From Chrysomallon squamiferum (lineage: Eukaryota > Animalia > Mollusca), in contig CM022670.1 of assembly GCA_012295275.1 (NCBI GenBank), positions 34,162,001 to 34,226,000 on the forward strand: a stretch of 64,000 nt of DNA. The letters are read 5' to 3'. How positions within the stretch are numbered: the first letter of the stretch is position 1; every line of letters begins with the position of its first letter. Positions 40,531 through 55,100 of the stretch are shown piece after piece. The notes under the pieces were generated by a model, which was not told where the DNA came from, made no database searches, and worked only from the letters and a program-made list of their open reading frames with translations. The translations under genes and the position numbers were made by a program.

Positions 40531-42764
40531 TGCCTAAGGAAAAAAATTCATTGCTGGTTATAAAATATAATACTAAAATATAATGTGCTGAGGTTTTGTC
40601 AATAATATCTCTCTTCAAAAAGCATAGCATACAAAAAACTTTATTAACAATCGGATACACAGTAACTAAACACTGACTATGTCAGATGGTTAACTCTCTT
40701 CTACAACAGTGAACAAAAAAAAAAAGAATTTCACCGAAAGAATATATCAGGTTACATAGTTCAAACAAATAAAAAACCGCTTTTCACGGCGATGTGTCAC
40801 TCAAACATTTACAGCACAGATTTGTTAATATTTTAGTTAGAGATGAAGACTTTTTATTTTGACAGTTGCCATAAAATTATTATACATAGTTGCCAAATTA
40901 ATTGCATGTCCAAACATGATAATTCCATGTTTTCTTTATCCACTAGAGACTTGTGGTTTGATGACTGGAAAATCGCACAGAAACAGAACACCGTGGTTTC
41001 CGCTATCAGCAATTAAATTTCCCAATTATTATGCGACCAACAATGACCATTATATCGCGTTAGAACATTTCACAAATAGTCTGTCCTCTTGGCCCTGCCC
41101 TGCCGCCAGAAGGGGTTTTTGCCACAAATATAGCCCTAATATGGTCGCGTGCATATGGAAATGGTCACACTTTGTTACCTAAAGAACGAAGACTCTGGAA
41201 TAAAAAGGATTATTACCGAGCTTTTTGCGTGTGTTCATGATGCTAAATGGACAAAAATGTCTCATAAAGAATCCTCTTTAGTGGTTGAAAATGCTTTTAC
41301 CTAATTACAGCGAAAAATGAAATGGGAGAAAACAAAACAACCGTAAAAAGAGCTGGAAAGGCTTGCGTTGCATTGCGCCTGTTGTTGAGACACCTGGATA
41401 TTAAGGTTTATTGCTTACATGTAAATACTACACTGTGGCCATTCCCACCGATTTTATCAGCTAAGGTCATCCTTTTTGTACTTCTTTTTTTTTGTCTTGA
41501 AAACTAATTGCGTCTTCTGCCGTGTCATCCACGTCAGGCTTGCAGTCCATTACCGCTAAGCCCGACCCAGCCCCCGCACACGACCCTTCCCAGACCATGT
41601 CATCACTCTCCCTCCCAATGCGGGATCCACCTTCTTTCCCCGAGGCCTTATATCATTCGCGAAGCGGCGAAGACGGCCTGGCTTTCTCAAACATCGTCCA
41701 ATGGAGTGTGGCTGACGTGGTGCTCTCGTAAACCCCCCTAGAAGGCCCGGCATTGTGTCATGATAGTTAAGTGTTATACTGGATTAAGCAAAGTACGGCG
41801 CAAAAGGCATCGGATATCTATTCCAATAGCCTTTGTCCTCGCCGAATTATTGTCAACTTAGAAGGTGCCGAGCTGCGAAGACAATTCAGGCAAATGACCC
41901 TTATTTCAGCGGGACCCCGGATTGCTCGACAGTCAGCGTTTATGATCCCTCGCTGGCAGGTCACGTGTCAGGTGTAGTCTGGACGAGAAAACATTTCTGA
42001 AGACTTTGTTGCCGACTCCGAAGAGAGAGAGAGAAAAAAAAGATGATCATAAACTATATCTAACTAGAGTTGAGTCCTACCTTGGTCATAAGACGTGGTA
42101 GAAGAAACGACAAACACGCCCTATAATTTGTCTGTAGTAACTGTGCTCGCGAACAATGCAACACGCACATCAGAGATTAACCTGGAACGATCTTTGTGGT
42201 TATTACAATACATTTTATTTTTTATTTCAGTTTTTTAAATTTGAAATAAAAATAATAATAAGAATGAAATGATGATGGCGTTTCATTTCGGATGTCATAA
42301 AAACATCATAAATTTCATTTAAATATGTGGCAAGTTCATTAGAGAATCCCCCCACCCTCCTTCTTTTTCGGAATATAAAGGCTCAATCGATGTTCAGCAA
42401 CCACTAAACACTTCATGCCAAACGTGACACTATGTTTCACCTGTGGTTAATCATAAGAATCTGGAAGAATATTGGCTCGTAAATAATTCTAAGTCTAAAT
42501 ACAGTAGATTCATCATCTAAAAGCAGTTAATTTATACTTTCAATCTGAAATTTAATAATCATTTGTTACAATTCCAAGCTTTAACTAAGCTAATAGAAGA
42601 TTTTTTCCCCTCCAAAAAACAATTTGGGTATATCTTTTATATAAAGTTATTTAGCATTTTCATTCTCTCGCTGAAACATACGGAATAAGAACTTCTAATC
42701 TCGCTCTCTCTCTTTCTCTTCATTCAGTCCTCTGTCAAATATATAATATAAATCACACATAAAC

Positions 42765-42864
<100 letters not shown>

Positions 42865-44084
42865 CAGACTTCACTCTCCAGCTCTCTAATCCTATTATTT
42901 ATTATTAAAAAAGCTTGAAATAAGTTTCATTATATTTGTGTTATTAGCTTCTTTAATGTTTTTTTCTTCCTCCTATCCGAAGTGGACGCGACTTACCACT
43001 GGTCTGCCACTGGTGTCCCATTACCGGTCATTACAGGCCTCAGTGGATTCAGGTCATCTCCTCGGGGTCGCGGGCACTGGCCATCTGAGAGCAAAGATCA
43101 AATACTTCTTTATTTCAAGAGGGTGTTGTTAATACTGCTACTTGCTAGTTACAAGTGTTAATTATAACAATCGTGTTTTGGTTTGTTCTCTACTTGGATT
43201 GTGTCCTTGCTAAATTACCAGTATTTGAAGAAGAAGAAAGAAAAGGAAAGGTGAAAAAAGGAAAAGCCGAATCACTGGTCAGATGTGTAGCAATGTGATG
43301 ACAAAGTACGCCTAATTACCACCATGGCTAGTTACTTTTTAGTCGGCCTCTACGCTTAAACCATCTGGATAAAGTAAGCTGTGTAATTTTAATAAAAATC
43401 GTGTAATGACAGAGGTAAAAGCGAGCACATTTTTGCACAGGCAACCAAAGATTTCTTTTCTTAAAATGAAACAAGAAAAATATAATTTCTAAACATAAAA
43501 CCAACAGAAAAGAACCCAAAAAGTGAAATAATAATAATAATAATAATAAATTAATTAATTAAAGAAAGAATGAAAGAATAAATAAATAAATAAATAAAAG
43601 TCTTACTGAAAAATATACTAGCATATCATACGAAAACGAGTCGTAATAGTCAAACTACTTAATGACAACAGCAACAACAACAATAATAAATGAGTTAACA
43701 TTTATCTTTTAAAGCTGTTATCGTATTTCTTTATATCATATGCAATACATTTTAATATTATTATTTATCAGTTTAATTTAAAAATTGCCTTTAAATATAG
43801 TTTGATAAACAACAAACAAACAAACAAAAACAAAAAAAACCAACTAAAAAGAACAATAAATAAATAAATAAACATTTGTTCATTAATTAACTTTATATTT
43901 CAACATTTTAGTAGCAGTGGCATTTCTTGCAATTTATATCTATTTTTAAACGTTAAGAAATAAAAGTTTATAATGTGTAATCTTTAGTAATGACACGTTT
44001 ACTGTACAAAGCTGTGGTGGCAGATGCAACATCAGCATCAGTTTTAACTGCAGCAGCAGCAGCGGCATCACCAAACAGCAATAT

Positions 44085-44785
44085 TAATGGTAGTAGTAAC
44101 AGTAGTAGCAGTAGCAGGAGTAGTAGCTGTTATTATAGAAGCAGCAATAGTATTTAAAGTAGTAGTAGTAGTAGCAGTAGTAGTAGCTGGAGTGGTGGTA
44201 GTAGTAATAGTAGTTGTAGTAGTAGTATTAGTAGCAAAAGCAATAGAAGCAGCAGTAGTTTTAGACGCAACTGTAGTAGTAGTTTAAGTATTAGCATTAG
44301 TATCAGCAATAATAGCAACAAAAGCAATAGAGACAGCAGTAGTTTTAGAGTAGTAGTTTAGAAGTGACAGTTTAAGTAGTTTAGCAAAAGCAATAGAGGC
44401 AGTAGTAGTAGTAGCGGTAATAGCAGCAGTAGTTTTAGAAGCAACAGTAGTATTATCATTAGTAAACAGTAGTAGTAGTTTAAGTATTAGTATTAGTAAT
44501 AGCAACAATGGCAGCGGCAGCGATAGTAGTAGCAGCAGCAACATTAATAGTAGTAACAGCAGTAGTAGTAAAGTAGTAGCAATAGTAGTAATAGTAGTAA
44601 TGGTAGTAGTAGCAGTAGTAGTGGCAGCAATGGCAGCTGTTGCAGTATTAGTAATAGTTGTAGTAGTAATAGTAGTAGTAATAGTAGTAGTTACAGTAGT
44701 TCTAGTGGTTGTAATAGTAGCAGTAGTAGTAGTAGTAGTAGTGGTGGTGGTGGTGGTGGTAGTACTACTAACAGCAACAGTAGCA
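44085..44785. repeat. 700-bp degenerate (GTA/GCA)n low-complexity tract
   Basis: Direct inspection; source of the V- and T-rich pseudo-ORFs. Confidence 0.9.
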
Positions 44786-45478
44786 AATAGTGTCAGCTGC
44801 TCGTTAGATCCCGAAAACACATTTTAATTCTGAAAAATGTTATGAATTGCTGTACACACACATTCATACATATATACAAACATATATACACAGACACAAA
44901 CATACATCATATAGACACAAAAGCAGATACATGCATGCATGTTTACATGCATATGTAATGTGGTAGATAGAGCAGGAAACAGGCATAAACAAGAACGAAG
45001 GGTGAGGTTATACATTTAAACTTATACGTATACAACTAATCCCGTATGATATAATGTTGTTTACAAAATGAGTTTGTTAATGCCGTCAGAAAAGAAGACA
45101 AAATAAAACATATCTGGCTACATTTGAACATGCAGTGTTCGGTAGACATTCATATGCTTCTGTCAAATATTACGACCAATCAGAAAGCTGTATAACATCA
45201 GGTGATTTATTTTTAACTAAATGGCGGGAAACATTATCCTTCCTTCCAATTCAGATTACAAATTTAGAAAACAGCGGAATTGTCTAATGCCTGTGAAAGA
45301 AAGTGATTATGAATATATCTTTTTCAGAATCTTCTGGAATATTTGCTTCATTTTAAAAGACAATATTAATATACAGACACATGTTTATGTCGGTATTTGC
45401 TTGAGTACATTATTATATGGATAAACATGCAAGCACACACACAAAAATTTATAATATTTAAAGATAATTGAAACTCTT

Positions 45479-45521
<43 letters not shown>

Positions 45522-48500
45522 TTATTATTTTTTATTTTTATATTTTTATTTTTATTATTATTTTATTATTATTATTATTTTTTTTTTTTTTTTTTTATTT
45601 AACAATGGAAATTTACTTTAAAATTAAACGTTTTCAATCTCGTTTTATATATCCTACCAGAATTATTTATTGGATCTCAGAATCAAAACAGTATGACACC
45701 CTTTACCCCAAGGCATATTTCTTAAAATGTTATAAACATTATAACACCAATTAAAAAACCAAAATTAGGTTGGTTGTTGTGATGGATGGTTATTCATCGT
45801 CTTTAACGGGTACTTTGAGAAAGAAGAAAAACCCTGAATCAATTGATCATTCAAATACGGAAAATGTCTTTGGAAACAACCCTCACGCCCCTAAAGTATT
45901 CAGACTTAAAGGTCCATTTTCAGCGACAGCCAAACCTCTTCCAGACCCGCTTAAGGGTCCGCAGATGTAAAAATACGTTAACTAATATGATGCCAGATGA
46001 AGTGAAAAAAACCCGACATTATATACTTGTAAATTGGATTAGGTTTTATAAATTAATTCCTAATAAATCAAGTGTAATCCGAACCATATTTTCATTTCGT
46101 AAAATGCTGTTTTGTTTCAATTACCCCCGCCACACAATAAATAACCATTCTCTCTCCCAGGAGGCGGGGGTTTGTTAATGATTCGGATTACGTTAAACGC
46201 GAGATTTCAGTTCTTAAACTTACGGTCAGAGAGTTTTTGTTCGAAGTTAAAATGGCGAGAGGCACCTTTCACCCGAGGGCGCTGATCCGCACCAGTTCAC
46301 GGGTGGAGTCCTTTATGACGTGGCGATGTCGCGGTGGTAACCATTGACACTTTTTAAACGTGCTAATAATCAAAGACGTATGTTTTGTTGAGAAACTACG
46401 GCGTACGAAGAAGACTGTGTTAAATTAGCACAACAGTGTCAATCAGAAACAGTTCTGTTCTTTTCTTCTTTTTTCCCCTTTTTTAATCTTATTAATTCTT
46501 ATACCCGTTGTTGTTATGATTAGCTTTGTTATTAACGTTGCTGTTTTCGGTGACGTGTAAATCAGTAACAAATATTAATAAAAAATAATTGGTGAATAAC
46601 TTTCGGTATAACAATATAAATAAATATTCAAAAAAATGCGCCGATTTGACTTTAATCAAAATATTATCATAACAACGGTCATTTTCATAAATCTGCATCA
46701 ATACCATTATCGCCATACGCTTCATATGAAGATCATTATAATCATAAACACCGCAAAAGCATCACTATTATTATCAGGACAAATAAAGTAATTTAATTTT
46801 AATCAGAAATACTATTTATTATTAGTTCTAAATTCTATACATATTTCATATTAATTTTCAAAGCGCTGCATTAAATTATCTCGGGCTGTAAGAATAAAAA
46901 TATATAATTTAAACATATGCCTGTACATGTACTGTTTTGATAATTTATTGTATCATAACATTTTATGCATTTCAACAGGCCTAAACTTTAAGCATACGTG
47001 GGTTTGATTAACCAACAAAGTCATTATTTATTTATTTTTTTAAAATTACCCTTAGATTTTATCTTAAAACGAGCTAACCTCGAAAAACGACGGTAGTACA
47101 GTTTGTTACGTTTGCGGGGTTTTTTGAAAGAAAGAGAGAGAAAAAGAAAAAAAAAAAAAAAAAGTAAGTCGAAATCACGCTGACATTGGAAGGAATTGTT
47201 TGAATTCGTTTTTAATTTTAGTCTGCCAAAGATGAGGGTACGATTTAACTGATGCTGCTGTACCTGGTCGTTAAATAGAGATAAAGCCACGTGACATCTG
47301 GCGGAAACGATTGCTTAAACGTACACAAACACTCGATCTATTTTAATATTTATGGCTTTTTTTTTCTTCTTCTTCAAAAATATAAAATATATCACATATC
47401 ACCACAATACACTTGATTATTTTTTTCATTCAGCTGATCATGTTCTTAAAACTTGAATGCTTCCAAAATTCGTTACATGAATTTTATAATCTCGCTCAAA
47501 GCGTAATGACTTTAGAAGCACGTGCAGCACGTCATTACTGATTTATATGCACGTGCAAGTTAACCAACAATGTGCACAAATTTGGGCAGGTGAAATGTCG
47601 TTTTACGGCCCATTTGTTTTATTTATTTTATGGCAGATTAATTTAGGACGTCGTAAAAACATTATTTAGCCAAAGGATTATATTGTTAACCTCAAGTTTC
47701 AACGCCAAATGTTCAATCGAACCCAAAGATTATGTAATTTGTGCATGCGGCTGCTTTAAATAACTTTCCAATGCGTGCACAACAAAAATATAAAAAAAAG
47801 TTTCCTTTCACGCTAAAAATTAAAACGTGATCATGAATATAAATGATGCATAGAAATTTTTCTCTCAGGAAAGTTGCATGTGTTTGCGACATTTGGATGT
47901 AAAACAGTTTTTAATTAAATTAATTATAAAGTTTATGTAGAAACAAATTTAAAAAATGAGAAAGTAAAAAAAAAAATTAAAAATTAAAATTTGAAGATAA
48001 TAGACATTTGTTAAACTATTGTTATCAGTGTTGATGTTTTGGGGTTTTGTTACCGCAATGTTTGTTTAATGTTTTCTAGATATTACAAGATTTATTATTT
48101 TTGTTTTAAATTTAATTATAATGGATTCCCTCCACCATACTGACTAATCTATCGCGTAAATGCATATATATTTTTGAATCTTGATTTAAACATTTATAAA
48201 AGAATTTTTTTCTTCCTAAGACTAAGAAAGAAAGAAATAAATGTACCCAGAAACTATTTGAAATCAAACATCAGTAATTTACACAACTTAAAAAGTGATA
48301 TATAAGTGTATATATCATAAAATAAGAGATATTCTTTACTCGCTGTTTTGTTTTTTCATTTAACATCCTAAAATTAATGCACATAATTATACCTGTTAAG
48401 AGCGCCAGTACAGATATGTGTTATAAATGTATATTTATTTATACTCAGATTCACTTCAACTCCTCCTTAATACTGAGGTTGTATCAAAATATTTTATAAA

Positions 48501-50079
48501 AAAAAAAGAAAAGAAATAAAGAAACAATATATATAAATTTAAAAAGATCTTTCCTATTTCTTTCTTCCACTTTTTCATTTTAATATTCTACTTTTCCCTC
48601 TCTGAATCATAGACAGTACAATATAACACGTTTTAATTCAATAGGAATCACTGTAAAGAATCATGATATAATCCTAAAATTAAATTAAGCTTAGAAATAT
48701 TACTCATTGAACTGGTGAAACATAAAACGCGCTTGACATCAAAAATATTGCCGTAACAATAAAGACAGAAGACAGCACACGAGCGCCACGTTTTTAAACA
48801 AATATTCGTAATTAGCTTTCTAATGATACCATTGCTAACTTCTGATTTCGTCAATGGGGAGACCAGTTTCAAGGACGTAATAACTATCTTATTAGTAATT
48901 ACGAAGTGTGAGGCAATATTATTATCAAATCTGTTTTTTTCCCTTTTGAAGCAGTCGTTAATTCAAAGGTAACGGTACTTTTTTTTCAAGATATAGCCAA
49001 TGGTTGTCGTCTGCCTGTTGTGCTCTTGGCTACCTCCGTGTGTTATTTACCCAGTAATTTAGTCCAAGATACGGGCAATCGCCCAGTTAGAAGAATTTCA
49101 AGCACCCAGGTGGCGGCAGATGGGGTGACGAAAAAAAATTAAAAAGGTGGGAAAAACCGAGGGCTATCCTTACATTTGGATCCAATTCTATCGACGTTTT
49201 TTCCAGCTTTCTTTTTGCAGAGGAAAATGGCAGACGTTGCATATACGATCTGCATACCTCCAAGAAGAGCCAAGCCTCATTTTACAGACGTCTTGTTTCG
49301 TAACCGTTATGTCTGTGATGGTCGGTCGCCGTCACACTGTTCCTTCCTTTGTTGGCACAAGTTTTCATCTGCTTCTCAAGTAGCAATAAATCATCTGTTA
49401 GCATCGAATATTGCATTTATTCTGTGTGCTTGATTGGAAACCCCCACGTTGATGCATTGTGTATGGTTTCACCTGCGTTGAAAACACTACCACCAACTTT
49501 AGGCGCAGCGTGTCCCGTCGACAATGCTCATGATGCATGCTTCTTTGGCTTTTATTTTACGTTTTCTATGTGGTAATAATTATCCAGGATAATCATGGGA
49601 TTACACGCGATAGTTTTTCTTAATTTCTGAAGTCGACAAAGACGTTTTATGCACCCCAGTTAGTTGGTGATTTCGTATGTGCCGCTCGGGGGAGTTGCGC
49701 AAGGCATCTCGTAACAGCTGCATTCTATTAATGTCATAGGGGTAGTTCCAATTTCTTAAATTAAGGAAGAAATGTAAAAGAAAAATTAACAGACATAAAA
49801 CCATAAATATTAATCAAACGCTCTGTGTGTAAGTTAAACTCGAGAAAAAAGATTAACACCAGGTGAAAGGTATTTGGTGCAGAAAAAGACATAAAAGACG
49901 TAAAAGAAGAACTGTGAAAACAGAAATGTTTTAAAAAGAGGCAATATAAAATTTTATTTTTATTAATTCTCATTGTTTTGTTTGCTTTGGATTATTTTAT
50001 TTTGAATAAAACCGAATTAAGATAATAAAACTGAAAGTAACGCTTGTTTTGGACTTGTTAAAAAATGCTTGTAGTTGAG

Positions 50080-50781
50080 GTTCGCGGACTAGAGTTACCC
50101 ACCCACTCACTTGAAGCTTTGCGCATTGTTCTCGCTAGCTGGCGCTGCTCAACAGCCAACAAAAGATTTGCGCGTCGTTTTCGAACGAGTCATTTAGTAA
50201 TATTTTTATACATTTTATACGGAAAATATCAAAATTTTCAAGTTAATCCATGAGTCGGAAGTTTCGGAAATTATTATTAAATTATTATTAACAAATGTAA
50301 TTACTTTTTAGTGATTTATTGTTTTACTGTTATTAAAGAAGTGTACAGTAGAGCAATTCCCGTTAGATATTGTTAATTATAACAGTACTTTAGCTATATT
50401 GGTGAAGTAATAATAAAACATAAAGATGAAAAGACGTGTTTATGTAATAAATGTTTTAATATCAGTACAACACAATTATCAATTACATCTTTAAGTATGG
50501 TTTATTTATATTTTAAAAGCGATATGAGGCAGATGTTTGCAGAAAATTGCACTCGACGTTGTATCAACATCCGCCCTTTTCAAGAAACTATCGCATGGTG
50601 TTTGTTGACATCGAGCACATGTTACTTCCCGCCAAATGACGTAGTCACAGGCTGGAGGTCATGGGTCACGGAATGGTCTGTCGTCTGCTTAATGTTGTTG
50701 TTTTTTCATAGACGGAAGTTGTGAAAATGTGAAATGGGGTTGGCGTACAGTTATTTTCTTTAAAACCATGCTAAGTTGCAG
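50080..50781 (+). promoter_or_regulatory. Putative promoter and first exon of the SYCP2-like gene
   Basis: Last CpG-rich tract before the CpG-poor gene body. E2F-type TTCCCGCCAAA at 50626-50636, ETS-type CGGAAGT at 50256 and 50713, and donor CAG|GTATAT at 50781. Confidence 0.6.
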
Positions 50782-50986
50782 GTATATATCGAAAATATTT
50801 TCGTAAGAACAAAAAGCATTAAAGTTTACAGTACGCTAAAATGTTGTTAACCTGTTAATCGAACACTTCAGAAAATAAAGATTTTATCTCGTTAACACAA
50901 GCCAAAGTCCAGGATCATCAGATCTGCCAGAGGGATCACAGTAATCATTCAACAAGCAAACACTAAAAAGAAGAAAAAAAAAAAAA

Positions 50987-51019
<33 letters not shown>

Positions 51020-51148
51020 TCAGAAGAAAAAAAAAGTAATAATAACATAGCAAGACTTAAATTATCTTAAATTCTTATTAAAATCTATATTTCTTAAATT
51101 ATTTTAAACTTCTTTTTTTTTTTTTTTCAGTTTATTAAATTTCAACAG

Positions 51149-51202
<54 letters not shown>

Positions 51203-52088
51203 TCTTAATAATTATTTTAATTTAAATGAGATATATATATATTTCCAACATGCAGACTAAGTCAAACCTACTGAATCTCACAATACTGCAATATAATTAT
51301 AAATAGGTCATATATATTTCCAACAATTTATCAAGAAAAATGTGGTCTAATATTTTAAGCATTTACAAAAGTATATAGATAAAGGTAAAAAAAAAGAAAA
51401 AGAAAAAAATTCCAACAAATATTGCAAAAAGTTATTTTAAAATAAATAAAAAATATAATTAGTTCCTACAGATGACTTAAAACTGTAATTTATAAAATTA
51501 TTATATGAAAATATGTTGTTATGTTTTAGGAATGCCTGTTTATAAAAGACATGGATCATATACTGAATATTTTAGATGATATATGTGGAAGCATTTCTGC
51601 TGGAAAAAGTCTAAAATCTTTTAGACTTCAGAAGTTTGAGCTTAGTCAGGTATTATCAGTCTTGATTAATCAGAATTAATTAGCAACAACAACAACAACA
51701 GTATTAATAAAATATAATAGATTTAAAAAATACTTAAATCCTTCATATGTCTATATTAATGGTGTTTTTTTTTTTTTTTCTTTCTTTTTCTTTTTTCTAT
51801 CAGATCTTGTCAAAAACAGTTCCAGCAGAAGAGAGAGTTAGAAGAGCCAGTATTCTTCTTGAAAAATTAAAAAGTATTTTCAGTAATACCAGAAATAACG
51901 AGGATTTGCTTTTACAGCTGTTGGATAAATCTTCCTTATTGATTTTAATAAGTATATTTTAAATATTGATAATTCTCCATAATTGTCTTTGTCACATAAA
52001 TATTTTTTAATTAAGAACCTGTGATGTTGGGAATAAATACTAAAATACATTTTGTATATTTCATTATGAATATCTTCTTTATTCTTTT

Positions 52089-52131
<43 letters not shown>

Positions 52132-55100
52132 CTATACAACCAGACTATTTTTTTTTAAATAACAGCACAATAATCTTGGTGAGACACTTCTAACTGCTGT
52201 TATATAGTTGTTTGCAGTATACAAATATAACATCGAATATTCCCTCAGACACACTAAACTGTATTTCAAAGATGTCATTTTTAACTTAGAAATAATGTGC
52301 TTTTAATAATATGCATCATATAGTCTAAGAATATATATTATTACAATACTTTGACATTTTCTTGTAAATATAAAAACTACTGATTAGATCTTGAAGTCAT
52401 GATAAAGATGAAAATACACAAATATTTTTTCGTTTTTAAAAATTAAAATAAGCTGAATGTTTTTTTTTATTTAACTTCGTGAAAATTACAAATATGGTCC
52501 TATTATAGTTCCTGAATTTTAGATATTTTTTCAAGTTGCCTTTAGATAATTTAAAAATAAATTTGTTTTCAGCAAGTGTCAGTTTTATTATCTTCTTTAA
52601 AAGACTCACTATATCCAGAAAAGGACAGTCATAGACTGCTGGAGGAACTTTTGGAAATCATCAATGTATATATTCATTTATATTATTATGATTAATAATG
52701 ATTTTAATGAAATATCTGTCAAACTGCTTTAGTGCTAATATTCCTTAAAAACTTTTCAGTTAACTATGCCAGATATTAAAGATACTCTTTTATGATGTAG
52801 ATTTTATTATTCAAATAGACTTAAGGAAATGTGCATTATTTCATATATTCATTGTTTTCAATAAATATATCAGGAAACAAATTTAAAATATTATAAAATA
52901 AAAACAGAATCATAGTAATTGTTGGACAGTATAAAAATCTTTACAAAAGATTGATTCTTATTAAATATATTTTGTTTAATTCTTCAGGCATTGTGTGATG
53001 GTTGTCCTAAAGGTACAATATTTATTTCATTTCTAGCTTATATTATTTTGTTATTAAATAAAAAAAATAATTAAATAAAATTATGATTTCTATAATATAT
53101 TTCATTAATACATGTATATCATAAATAATAATGGAACAAGCATAAGCAATGCTGCAAAATATAACAATTCTAAATCAACATGATTTATTGTATTATTTTT
53201 TATTTTTAAATATTTAGCTGTACATGTGATAATTTTTTAATGATAAAACATTGCAACTGATATATTTTAAAAGAAGAATGATTTGACAACTACATTATAT
53301 ATGCAACAATCATGAATCATGAAGCATTTTAATCACATTTTCAGTTCAAGCTCTACTAGTTGGTTCACTGAGCAGTGAATACATTGGATATATAACAGGG
53401 ATCAACTGTCCATTTGTGCAGAAAATGGAGGTGAAGTTGAGAATTGGTAGCAAATTTACATTAATTATATGGAAAGGAATACAAACAATAAACTATATAT
53501 TTTATATTTTCTGTTTAGTTATTTGGTAATTACAAAATATCTTTTATGTATTTTTGAATGTTTATTTTTAATGATGGAAACAAATATGCCAAGTATGTTT
53601 TGAACATTCCCAAATTGTTAAAATGTTCTTTGCAAATAATTGTTGGTAACATTATGTTAAAATAACTAGATTATGGATTGAAATTGATATTATCTTTCTT
53701 TTTTTCTTTTTTTGATGGGTTGGGGATTAATTTGCTTTAAACTACAAAATGTAAAAAAATAATAATAATAAAAAGAAGGAAAAGGCCCTTAAAGAATGAG
53801 GATACAAAAACATTTAATTTTTATTTATGAAATAAATTTTTAAAACCCCAACAACCCCAAAATTTGTTACCTTACTGTCACGTGTAAATGTTACATATTT
53901 TATTATACCAGACTGTATTTCTTGATAAATATTTATTGCAGGTTATTAAATCATACAATATTTTACTTGAAGACTGTCCATTCTCTGTGAAACAGGAACT
54001 TATACAGTATAGAACATTTTTTGAAAAACTGTAAGATTTAATTAAATTATTTCATTTGAGTTATTTACTTCTTTCTACCTAACATTTGAATTTTTTTTAT
54101 ACAGAACAAAGAAAATACAAAATTAAACCACTGCAGTGGTATTACATTTCACATTAAACAATACTGTTTTCTATTTAAAGCTATGGGCTTACAACTGCTA
54201 TTTATAAAGTAACATTTAAAAAACAAATAGCTCATAATATGTATATTATAATATTTATTTTAATCTTTGTATAATGGTAAAGATATAAAATATCCTAACA
54301 GATCAGAAATAAAACTTAGAATTTATTTCATTGCAGGAAACAACTTTTCAACTTGATATTTCATGTTGGAGGTAATTAGCTGCATTAATATTGTTTAGTA
54401 TGTTTCAGTTTGAAAACTAACAAATCCTTGATTAGTTCAAAAAGTTTTCATAATGGTAATTAAAAATGATTTTTTTTAATATATATATTTATAAAGCAGA
54501 ATAACATTTGTTATAAAGCAATATCACATTTATTAGATATTTTAAGTGATAAGTTTTTATTTATTTATTATTAATATTATTATTGTCTGTTTAATAACTG
54601 TATCTTGTCACTTGGTCCATAATTATATTTTCACAGATTCTGTGAATGTCATTACATTTTGACATTTTTATGTTGTTTTAAAAAAAAAAAAATTTAATTT
54701 ACAGATTATGAATTTCAAGTTGGAGCACTTGAATGTATCTTCCGTCTTGTGCCAAAGAAATTGAGACCTTGCTATGCATCCAAATTTAGTCAAAGCACTG
54801 AACTTATTTCAGCTTTGCTAATGATTAAAGATGAAAATTTTGAAACTGTAAGAAATTACATTAGCCTAAACTGATCATAAATACACAGTTGATATTTACA
54901 AGAAATCAATTTTCTAGAAGTAATCTTGTAATATACTAATTAGGTAATAATACAGATGATTTATATATGGTTTTAAACTGGGGCTTTGTTTTTATAAATT
55001 ATTTTTTGGTCAGGACTTATTTTGTTTTCTAACTTACATATTTCAAAAAGATAAGTATTACATTATTAATGCTGTTAAATACTTTGTGCAAATAATTATA

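Noticed and set aside
41500-41980. GC-rich stretch with several overlapping 65-77 aa ORFs
   Set aside because: No recognisable domain or exon chain; the ORFs are explained by high GC. Treated as a regulatory island.
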